A stretch of DNA of 64,000 nt, from NCBI GenBank assembly GCA_002269645.1, contig NIVC01001279.1, positions 62,001-126,000 of the forward strand, written 5' to 3'. This DNA is from Macrostomum lignano (Eukaryota). The notes beneath the pieces were generated by a model. The model ran no database searches. It saw only the letters and a program-made list of their open reading frames with translations, and was not told the origin of the DNA. Both the position numbers and the translations under genes were made by a program. Within the stretch, counting starts at the first letter, position 1. Each line of letters opens with the position of its first letter. Positions 24,185 through 34,507 of the stretch are shown here, one piece after another.

Positions 24185-25440
24185 CAGTGTTGGGCACTTC
24201 CGTTACCGAGTAACTTGTAAATGGTAACGCAAGTTACTTTTTCGTAAAGCGTTCCTTACGCAAGTTACTTTCCTATTTTGGTAACGGAGTAACGGTAAGT
24301 TACTCAAATTTCGGAAGTCCGTTACAGTTACTTTGCAACAATCGCAATATTTAAATTTAAAACTGATATGCTTAGCTATTACTCCAGTTGTCACATTTTT
24401 AGCATTTTTCATTCCTAAATTCAAAACTAAGTGAATAATATCATACGGTATTACGCTGTAATTAATAAAGAAATACTTGAAACATGTTTTTACTTTGTTA
24501 TTTTCGGTAAAATATTTTTGCTTTTCGTTTTTAAGTTAATAAAAATATTTTGTTTAGTTCTTAGAAACAAACAACCAAAGAAAGAAATTCATCTGTAGTC
24601 TCCACAAATCCACTCAGTGATCGACGTAGCCAGGAATTTTAATTGGGGGGGGGGCGGGTTGGCCTGGCTGGCCATGCCTCATGCCATTGCCACTTTTAGC
24701 GCCGCAGGCACTCATTTTAGCGCCGCAAGCACTCATTTAAGCGCCGCAGGCACTCATTTAAGCGCCGCAGGCACTCAATCGCCTCATGGTTTTTGGTACC
24801 CGCCACGCCCAACCCCACCCCCCCCCAGGTGGGGTGTCTTGCAGGTGGGGTGAAGTTGCCGCCCAACGATTGTTAAGGCGGCCTCCCTGGCTACACCACT
24901 AAAGTCCACTGGCACTGCACTGCACTGCACAATAATTTAATATTAATGATAATAATTGAAAATAAATAAAAAGACTAGTAAAGCAGACTGTAGAGTGGAG
25001 TAAAGCCAGGTACTTATTACGAGCGATGTATTATCAAGGACAACTGAAGTTACGTTAAGTTGTCCTTGTGTATTATAACTTATAATGTTATTAAAAATTA
25101 AATTGCGTTTTGCCTTTAACGTTTCTGACCTTCAGCTTCTCTTCTTTTTACGGAAAGGGCCTAAAGTGATTAAAATTTAATACAGTTACTGAAATTAATG
25201 TTGTTGTATTCTTCCTCCTGGCTTTCGCGATCATTTGTGCTGTTCCATCACATTTGCAATGTTAAAAAAGCAGAAAATTTTGTTAATAACATAGGTAACG
25301 GAAGTAAGTAACGGAAGTAACTTAAAAGTTACCGGGTTTTTGTTCAAAGTTACTAGGCTAACGTAAGTTACTTTTTAAAAAGTGGTAGCTTAAGTTACAG
25401 TAACGCAAGTTACTTTTTTTGAGTAACTTGCCCAACACTG
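24185..25440. mobile_element. Non-autonomous hAT-type DNA transposon, 1256 bp
   Basis: Perfect 12-bp TIRs CAGTGTTGGGCA / TGCCCAACACTG. Exact 8-bp TSD CATATTAC (24177-24184 and 25441-25448). Dense subterminal GTAAC/GTTAC motifs at both ends. No transposase ORF. Confidence 0.9.
24615..24901. mobile_element. Probable small MITE nested inside the hAT element
   Basis: Degenerate TIRs CAGTG(ATCG)ACGTAGCCAGG versus CCTGGCTACACCACTA. Near-duplicated flanks AAATCCACT / AAGTCCACT. GC-rich interior with about 4 copies of TTTAGCGCCGCAGGCACTCA within an AT-rich host. Confidence 0.5.
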
Positions 25441-25732
25441 CATATTACCGTCTATGCCGTAAAGCGTAAATCTATTCTGCTTATCAAAAATATGATATTA
25501 ATATCAGATCAGTATTTAAACATATTTGATTCAAATTAATGCAGTTTTATATTCAATTAAAAACAATTTTTCAGCAGAAAGGCATATCCATATGCCGTAT
25601 GGCATGCAGAAACAGCTAGTTTTTTAATTAAATGTATAAATTCTTATAATATTTAAATTTTATTTAAAATTAAATCTTAAGATTTCAGTTTTTTGACAAA
25701 TTTTGAATTAGTGCTACAACAACATAGGTCTA

Positions 25733-26166
25733 GGGGTCTCCCTAAAACATACTGCACCCAGAGCTACAAATTATAACATTTTTTGTCAATGCAGTATTTG
25801 ATTGCTGAGAGAACTATTTATTGTAAGACAAGAGTAATGGAATAAATACCTTAAATTATTAGGCCTATATTAAATATTGTTAGGGCCTATTTTTCTTATT
25901 CTCATTATCATTATTAAATTACATTATTAATATTATTAATATTATTTTATTATTAATACTAATAGTTTTTATTCACCAAATTTTAGATAATAAAGTAATA
26001 AAGAAACATAAATTTCTTAAACACTTTAAAGCGTAACAAAAAATACATTTTAAAATGTCTTTAGTTATAGCCTAGTGCAATTTGTTTTAATGTATAGCTA
26101 TATATATAAATATAGGCCCCTAACATAAGCTTTAAACTAATGTGGTACATGTTTTAGGGAGACCCC
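25733..26166. mobile_element. Possible MITE bounded by 18-bp inverted repeats
   Basis: GGGGTCTCCCTAAAACAT (25733-25750) and ATGTTTTAGGGAGACCCC (26149-26166) are perfect reverse complements around a very AT-rich core. No clear TSD. Confidence 0.4.
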
Positions 26167-26725
26167 AACATAGTGCTTCTAATCATAGATACTTTTCGAT
26201 TGAGCAATTGATAGAGATTAGAGAAATAAATAGAGCTCTAGCCCATGGCACCTAGTTAGAATCATAGAACAAATCGTATTAAAAAAGTTTGCTTGTGCTA
26301 TGTACTAGAACTATTCCTATCAAATAAGTCTTCTTGTGCTGTGTGCTATAAATTTATTAAAAAAAGGATAAGAACATAATTTTCTATCTGAAAAAGTAAA
26401 ACCAATATTTTAATTAAAATATTATATTATTAATACACTAGCAAATAAAAAGTGCTAATGTAAAGATCTCCAAATAAGATACAAAGTAGACTACTATAAG
26501 TAGCAACATGAAGATGCAAAAAACTCAAATGTTACAAAAATTGCAAATTGTCATAATCTATTTTTAAAGACCATGAAAATAACAAGTGACCATCTTTTGC
26601 AACATTTAAATTTAGAACTCCAAATATGGTATCGGCGCTCAAAGTATTCTATAGGGGTCAAATTTCCAAAGCGCTAAACTGTCACCTACTAAAAATAAGC
26701 TGTTTCTCAAGAATTTTTCCTATAA

Positions 26726-27400
26726 ATATTGTACAAGCCAAAATCCGAGCTAAAAATCTCAGACTCGGAGCAGCCTCTAAAGATCTTGGAGCTTGTTGGA
26801 ACAGCTAAGCGAGGCTACATCTCTGAAAGAGAAGTAAACCAATTGGTGAGCCGTTGCTTGAGCCTTTGTTATTGATTTTGAGAGCGACTTATTGCCAGCC
26901 GCTACTGTCCAGTCGATTTGACTGAGTTCATTGAATTTGAGGACTCCCATTTTCCTAAGGGATTAAACAGGATCTGCGGACCGATTCCGATACCCTTAGA
27001 GGATTATCAATTGATTGATTTTGGTTATCCTAGATTAACCAATAGGAGCACACAACTTCGATTCTGTTATTTCTAGAAGAAGACGCCCTTCTTGGAGGAC
27101 CTCGTTGTTGTTACAGAAAGTAGATTTTATTACAAGGGTGCTTTGTTGATATTGATTACTGAGCTTAAGGCCTATATTGATTTGCATTCGAGAAATACTG
27201 CGACGTCGCCTGATTTGATCGTCACGTTCTCATTCGGCCGATTCAAGACTTCAAGAAGATTCCTCCAGAGAAGAAGAAGATTTGAAGAAATGAGCTTGGA
27301 GAACCTGCACTACACAGAAGAGGAGCCCGCAACAGTAAGTGATCACTTTATTTTGTTCCCAGGCTTAAGTGTCTGGAAGTGGGAGTTTTTGGGAGACTGA
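26726..27400 (+). pseudogene. Degenerate unknown coding sequence, about 224 codons with three in-frame stops
   Basis: One frame continues upstream of track ORF 27092-27400 with stops only at 26873 (TGA), 26879 (TGA) and 27074 (TAG). It reads protein-like (DSEQPLKILELVGTAKRGYISEREVNQLVSRCLSLCY*F*ERLIASRYCPVDLTEFIEF...) and is more GC-rich than its flanks. Confidence 0.45.
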
Positions 27401-30400
27401 TCACCTCTCGAATCAACTCTTCACTAATAAAAAAATTGCTAATTTTCTGTCTACAAAAATATCCTCTCCAAAGTTTTTGTCTTGCACTATACTATACCAG
27501 ACTTTTCTTGTTTACTATTAATAATTATGCCAAAATATGCTAGTGTACTTGCAGTACATGTCCAACCCCTTTTTATGCTTATAATTTTCCATAAAAAAGG
27601 TCATTTTCCTGACTATAGGCAATAGCTAAGCCTAGTGGAGAAGTAAATAGAGCAACAGATAGAGCAGTAGAATGCAGATAGAAACATAAATAAAGCTAGG
27701 GGCTAGGGGATTTTCTAATACCATTTCCCATCCCATTTGGTCAGATAATTTTTTACTATTGGCATGTTTATATTGAAATACCAATTCAAACTTTAAATAA
27801 TATCACAAAACAAACTAAAATATTGCTAAATTTTGGGCAATGTCCTAGATCTAGGCCTATTTTCCTATATTTAATTATTTTTGCATAAAAGTTTTTGAAT
27901 AAAATTAATTAAAGCAAGTTTATTAAAGTATACTTAAGGTCTACTAAGCTATTGCTGCCAATTATTTAGTAGTAGCTAATATATATATATATATATATTG
28001 CCTGGGACATGTATTTTGACTGATAGTTAGCAAGCATACAATCTAGGATAGAATCTTTGCATGGCAATTTTGGAATAAAAAGTTGCACTTAAGTTTTTTT
28101 ACCTTAAACTGTGCAAGTGTTTTAGCACTTTCATTTTAAAAGCAACTGTTTTTATGATGTTTTATACAAATTTTAAATAAATATGTAAAAATAAATTTTT
28201 ATAAATATCTTTTATAGTAGTAATATAATACTAAGTGGAAGTGGCTTTGTTTTTAAATGTAATGACTTTATTTTATTGTAACAAGTATAATATTCAACAT
28301 TTTCAAATGGAATATTGCAAGTTTTTTGAACATATAAAAGTTGTACACATGTAAACCTTTTTAGAATTGTGCAAGTGCCAAAAATATGCACGCAAGTGCA
28401 CAATTTTTGTTTGTACACATGAAATGCATTTATGATTTTGTACAAAAATTTCATCCAGGCATATAATGCACTTCTAACCACATGTTTGCCAAATATCATC
28501 TGCAGTTCATTGATCCAAACAGTCCTACTATATATATAAAAATTATCACTTAGGCACATGTGAAGGCAAAGTTCTATAGCCAGCACAGCATTAGCTATAT
28601 AGCAAATTGGTCCCCAAGCATTTGGACCAAATTGATGCTTGTTGGACCAAATTAAATGCTATTGTATTACTAGCCTTGCTACCATAGACAAAAGGTCTGT
28701 TACATTGGCAAACATGTAAGCTTTAATATGTGCTTATTATTATATGTTACATTACATGTTAAATTATTATATTATTACATATGCTTAATATCTTAGCACT
28801 TTATCTCCCATCTCTCTAAGCCTTGGAATCTTAAAAACCTAATGATTCTATTATTTCTTTTATTTCATTAAGTTTTCTTCACTCTAAAAAACTTTGTATA
28901 TAAAAAATAAAAATTGTATATAAAAAAATTAAAACCCTGTTGGTTGCATTAACAGTTAGTCTATTAATATCTAGGCTAAGATCTTATTGAATCAATCACA
29001 GGAATTGTAACACTTTAGATTAATACTTGCATTAAGTAAGTTAAAATACATCATAGGAAACAGTTATGATATAATCAATTTCTTAGTCAACAGTATTAGT
29101 CTCTATTATTAAAGCTAGTATAAAATAGTAGAGAATGCAAGCAAGCAATTAAATAATTGATGGCAAAGTTAATGGATTTTCTTATTGTGTATGGTCAAAG
29201 CCATGAGCATTACTATAGCCAAATAAATAATGTGGACACATAATTGATAAATTTCTCAGTAACTTAGCAAATTTCTATTGCTCTTCAAAGATCGACGGCT
29301 AACCGTGATACTGTATATTTAATAAGCCAAAAAGTGGTACAAAAAGTGATTATGTAATATAAAAAATGGAAAAAACTAGTACACACAACTCAGGGAAAAG
29401 TATAAAATGAAATTCTAAAAGATTTTCTTCAGTGAAGCTGTCCAATATATGACAAAAAACCTGGAAATCTGCACAGCAGTCTCTTTGCTCAAGCACACTC
29501 ATTACCAGTTCATATTTTTTGTTGCTTATCTTGGCATATGGACCCCATGCTACTGCCACCTGAACTGGTTCTCCAAGAGTGTCCTCTGTGGTGACAAAAC
29601 TCTCTCCATCCTCCTTCAGAATTTTGTAATCCTCAATGTTGATTGTGTCCATTTTGAGCCGCTATCAAGATCAGTTCACATAAGAACTGAGAAAATTTAT
29701 CAGTTGTATGCCTGCATTATTTATTTGGTTGTAGGAATGCCCATAGCTTTTTGAGAATACCCACAGGAATTTGAGAACAGTTGAATGAGATTGAATTCAA
29801 TACAGAAAGTGTAAAATTATTGTGAAGCGCTAAATGAAAGAAAAAACAAATAATGCATTGTCTAGTGCAATAAGCACTTTTTTGTTTGCTGGTGTATTGA
29901 TAGCTTTTTCAATTAAAATATGTTAACATTGTATTTGTACAAAACAGATTCAAATACAAGTTTTACCAGTATTTTTCAAATGAAAAATACAGATTTTGTG
30001 TTTTGTGTTTTTTTTCAAAATAAGTTCAAGCACACAGCATAATCAAAACTTTTTAATATAATTTGTTCCAGTGCAGGCATGCCATGATCCTGACTATGGC
30101 TCACACAGTAGGCCATTACAACCTTCAACCTAAACCCTCCTTCAACCTCAATATAAAACAAATTTATGTACATTACAGTAGCATATGGTGGCACAGCCAT
30201 AGTGGCTTACTTCTGCATATTGTTGCATATATATATATATATATTATTGTGAAGGCACATTTGGGTCATTTGTTTTGTACTATTATCTACTTACTATAAT
30301 ATAGGCTAATTTTTATCTATAACTTAAGTGCTATTCTTCCTGTACAAATTCACAATTGCAACTGGATCTCCAATTCTCAATTGACTTATTCTTGGTCTCA

Positions 30401-30752
30401 AATTTTTTATAAAATTCTCACTCAATCTCGCTCAAAAACCAAAATCTGGTATTGGTCAGATAAGGTTTGTGTCATGACACTATGACAAAGAACCTAAACA
30501 TTATGGTCAGATATTTATGATAATGTCCTTTCCCAAATGCTAGTTAATTTCTTGGTCTTTGTCTATTTTTTTACAAAAATGCTTAAACCTTAATAATATT
30601 TAGAGGGTTTTTCAGCTATGATGCTTTTTAAAATGTTTTAATAACAAATCTTTTATCAAAACATCCTTGAGACTAAAAATAGTTTAGTAGCATTATAAAT
30701 CCAAACTCAAATTTCAGCTGTCAATTAAGCTTTGTCAACCAAATAAACAACA

Positions 30753-31421
30753 ATGCAGTTAGCCAACTTCACTCTACTCCGCCTGCTGAGCCCAATCTCC
30801 ATCAGGTGCACTCCAGCAGCAGTCATCAATCGCACTCTGCACTCTAGTCCGGCTCTGCTTGGCAAAAAGTATGCAAAATATTATTTCACACCAAAGAAAA
30901 TCTTTCGCAAAGAAGAAATCTACAGGGTGCCAAAGACTCAATTGATTTTGCCGCACGAGCGCCTTGATCCATTGAATATCCCGGAGCCTTCGGCGCCAAC
31001 TGCAACTGAATCAGGCCTCCTTGAACAGTTAGCTTCCGCTGTCAATCATGAGCAGTCAACATCCGGCCGACCCTTTGCCATAGTCCACCTGGTTGGCAAG
31101 CAGTACAAAGTGTCCGAAGGCGATCTAGTTCAATTAGTTGGCAAAAGTTTGCTAGCCGAGCTGGGCGACGAACTTGTCTTAGAGAAGGTGCTGGCTCTGG
31201 GATTCACAGACTTCACTCTCTATGGCAGACCCATTCTGTCTCGGGATTGTGTCACAGTCCGAGCCACCGTAGTCGAGAAGACCCTGGAGCCGCCAAAAAT
31301 TCGATTCGAATTTCGTAAGCGACAAAATTTTCGTCGAATGAATATCCATCAAACTAATGCGACTGTGCTGCGTATTGGGTCGATTGAGTTTAATAAGCCA
31401 GCGGTTCAACAGGCTCTGTAA
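30753..31421 (+). CDS. MRPL21: Mitochondrial ribosomal protein bL21m, intronless
   Basis: L21 motifs FAIVHLVGKQYKVSEGDLV, LEKVLALG...TLYGRPIL, VRATVVEKT and RRMNIHQ...TVLRI. Basic/hydroxylated N-terminal presequence-like region. Confidence 0.93.
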   Translation: MQLANFTLLRLLSPISIRCTPAAVINRTLHSSPALLGKKYAKYYFTPKKIFRKEEIYRVPKTQLILPHERLDPLNIPEPSAPTATESGLLEQLASAVNHEQSTSGRPFAIVHLVGKQYKVSEGDLVQLVGKSLLAELGDELVLEKVLALGFTDFTLYGRPILSRDCVTVRATVVEKTLEPPKIRFEFRKRQNFRRMNIHQTNATVLRIGSIEFNKPAVQQAL

Positions 31422-31689
31422 ATTAAAATTATTGATCAAAGCGTGTTCAAAAAACAGTTAGTTTAGTTGCTATTGCGGTTTGTCTGGAAGTTTTGACTGC
31501 GTATTTTTATTGCCTACTAAGAGTAGAAACTACAGCGTTTGCTTTTTGTCGCATTTTTTAATTTATTCATCTAATTGTTTGAAAAATAAACAAATGGATA
31601 AATCTTTGCTTGATATATTTCTGTTTCAGTTGCTGAATTATTTTAATTATCAATCATTTTGGAAGAGGTAACGGTGTCCGATTAATGAT

Positions 31690-32675
31690 TATTAATCTAG
31701 AGAGATAGCGGTTCCCCCTAAATGATAATTATTTTAGGGAGCTAGCGGTGCCCCGGAATGATAATTAGTTTAGAGGGGGTAGCGGTGCCCCTGAATGATA
31801 ATTAGTTTAGGGGGATAGCGGTTCCCCTGAATGATAATTAGTTTAGGGGAAATAGCGGTTCCCCGGAATGATAATCAGTTTAGGGGGAATAGCGGTTCCC
31901 CTGAATGATAATTAGTTTTGGGGGAATAGCGGTTCCCCTGAATGATAATCAGTTTAGGGGGAATAGCGGTTCCCCTGAATGATAATTAGTTTAGGGGGAT
32001 AGCGGTTCCCCTGAATGATAATTAGTTTAGGGGGGATAGCGGTTCCCCTGAATGATAATTAGTTTAGGGGGGATAGCGGTTCCCCTGAATGATAATCAGT
32101 TTAGGAGGAATAGCGGTTCCCGGAATGATAATTAGTTTAGGGGGGATAGCGGTTCCCCTGAATGATAATTAGTTTAGGGGGGATAGCGGTTCCCCTGAAT
32201 GATAATCAGTTTAGGGGGGATAGCGGTTCCCCTGAATGATAATTAGTTTAGGGGGGATAGCGGTTCCCCTGAATGATAATTAGTTTAGGGGGATAGCGGT
32301 TCCCCTGAATGATAATTAGTTTAGGGGGATAGCGGTTCCCGCTGAATGATATTTAGTTTAGGGGGGATAGCGGTTCCCCTGAATGATAATTAGTTTAGGG
32401 GGATAGCGGTTCCCGCTGAATGATAATTAGTTTAGGGGGATAGCGGTGCCCCTGAATGATAATTAGTTTAGGGGGATAGCGGTTCCCGCTGAATGATAAT
32501 CAGTTTAGGGGGGTAGCGGTGCCCCTGAATGATAATTAGTTTAGGGGGATAGCGGTTCCCGCTGAATGATAATCAGTTTAGGGGGGTAGCGGTGCCCCTG
32601 AATGATAATCAGTTTAGGGGGGTAGCGGTGCCCCTGAATGATAATTAGTTTAGGGGGATAGCGGTTCCCGCTGAT
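31690..32675. repeat. 35-36-bp minisatellite AGCGGTTCCCCTGAATGATAATTAGTTTAGGGGGAT between MRPL21 and NDUFV2
   Basis: About 28 units, each with an internal inverted repeat. Confidence 0.97.
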
Positions 32676-32883
32676 TCATCGATCCAGGGAATAGTAGTAA
32701 CTTTAAATGCTTCAGACTCGAGAGATATTCAAAAGTGGCATTGCTCGTTGAAGTCCTGAAATAAGTGTCTGTAATCGCTTTGAACTTGTTGCATGGTTGA
32801 ATCAAATTAATCAAAATCAATCAATAGAGTCTTGACAGAAGAGAACAGTTATTATAGCCAATAAAGATTGAAGCGCTCACACG

Positions 32884-33621
32884 ATGCTGTCATTTCTGTC
32901 TCGTCGAATGTTGGCTGCTCCCGCGCGGCTCTCTCTGCCCCAGCGCTGCCTTAGCGACAAGCTATTCGTCCATCGGGACACGCCAGAAAACAATGTAGAC
33001 ACTCCGTTCGAATTTACACCAGAAAATCTCGAACGAGCTCGAAGTTTGATTTCAAACTATCCTGTTGGACACGAGCGCGCCGCTATGATGCCGCTGTTAG
33101 ATTTGGCTCAGCGCCAGCACGGCGGCTGGTTGCCGATTTCTGCTATGCACTGCGTTGCCGACATGTTGAAGGTGCCGCGTATGCGAGTGTACGAAGTGGC
33201 CACCTTCTACACTATGTACAATCGCGACCCGATTGGCAAATATCATGTACAGATCTGTACTACAACTCCCTGCATGCTGGGCGGCTGCGGCTCCGGACCA
33301 ATATTGGACACTTGCAAACGGGTGCTGGGGTTGAAGCCGGGCCAGACAGACTCTGAGCGGCTGTTCACCCTGTCTGAAGTGGAATGCCTTGGCGCCTGCG
33401 TCAACGCGCCAATGGTGCAGATTAACGACGACTACTACGAAGACCTGACACCGGAGGATACTGAAGCCATCCTCATGGCGTTGAAGCGGGGCGAGAAGCC
33501 GCCGAAACCCGGGCCGCAGTCTGGCCAGGACTGGCGGCACTGCTGCGAACCCAAGGGCAGTTTGACCTCGCTGACCGAACCGCCTAAAGGTCCTGGATTT
33601 AAAGTTCTGCCCGAACTTTGA
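32884..33621 (+). CDS. NDUFV2: NADH dehydrogenase (complex I) 24-kDa 2Fe-2S subunit, intronless
   Basis: [11 protein letters not shown]...[39 protein letters not shown], the Fe-S cysteines in CTTTPCML and [13 protein letters not shown], then [10 protein letters not shown]. Confidence 0.97.
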   Translation: MLSFLSRRMLAAPARLSLPQRCLSDKLFVHRDTPENNVDTPFEFTPENLERARSLISNYPVGHERAAMMPLLDLAQRQHGGWLPISAMHCVADMLKVPRMRVYEVATFYTMYNRDPIGKYHVQICTTTPCMLGGCGSGPILDTCKRVLGLKPGQTDSERLFTLSEVECLGACVNAPMVQINDDYYEDLTPEDTEAILMALKRGEKPPKPGPQSGQDWRHCCEPKGSLTSLTEPPKGPGFKVLPEL

Positions 33622-33959
33622 ATCTTTATTTATCTGCTTATCAATGACCTGTCAGCAACACGTTAATCAACTTATTCAATTCAATTTAGTGTCAGATAAG
33701 AAACAGTTAGAATAAAACTAGAATTAAAACTTGTTTGTCAGCAGTACTACAATTAGCTACTTCTCTTGTATATTTCAATTGTCTAGTTTAATAGAGATAT
33801 GTTTATATTTAATAAAGATTAGACCGACACGCATCGTTTCGTAACTATATGCTAAATATAGTAATATTATTACTGACAATATGTAATGTGATATGTGACT
33901 TTTGCTTACTTTCGGTGTGTTAAAATTAAAGCCATCGTAATTTCAAGGTCAGTTACAGG

Positions 33960-34400
33960 TCACTCTATAGGCTACGAATTAAGGTCGGATTAATGGTCAG
34001 TTAAGGTCACACTTTAAGCTACGGGTTGAGGTCGGATTAAGGGTCAGTTAAGGTCACACTTTAGGCTACGGGTTGAGGTCGGATTAAGGGTCAGTTAAGG
34101 TCACACTTTAGGCTACGGGTTGAGGTCGGATTAAGGGTCAGTTAAGGTCACACTTTAGGCTACGGGTTGAGGTCGGATTAAGGGTCAGTTAAGGTCACAC
34201 TTTAGGCTACGGGTTGAGGTCGGATTAAGGGTCAGTTAAGGTCACACTTTAGGCTACGGGTTGAGGTCGGATTAAGGGTCAGTTAAGGTCACACTTTAGG
34301 CTACGGGTTGAGGTCGGATTAAGAGTCAGTTAAGGTCAGATTAAAGGTTAGCTAAGGTCACACCATATGCCATAAATTAAGGTTGCATTAAGTGTCAGTT
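33960..34400. repeat. 47-bp minisatellite between NDUFV2 and SLC35B1
   Basis: TTAAGGTCACACTTTAGGCTACGGGTTGAGGTCGGATTAAGGGTCAG, about 8 units. Confidence 0.95.
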
Positions 34401-34507
34401 AAGGTCACACCATAGGTTTTTAAACAGAAGAATCAATATAGATCTGCATGTTGCTATCCTCTTCACATGGTTATTCGTTGCATTCATGCTAATACCTCGC
34501 CGCTATC

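Noticed and set aside
27334-27361. GTAAGT...TTCCCAG resembling a 28-nt mini-intron in the degenerate ORF
   Set aside because: Very short, and splicing it gives an immediate stop; insufficient support. Position approximate.
31690-32675. CRISPR-like palindromic 36-bp repeats
   Set aside because: No spacers, no cas genes, and a eukaryotic context. The same applies to all other arrays.
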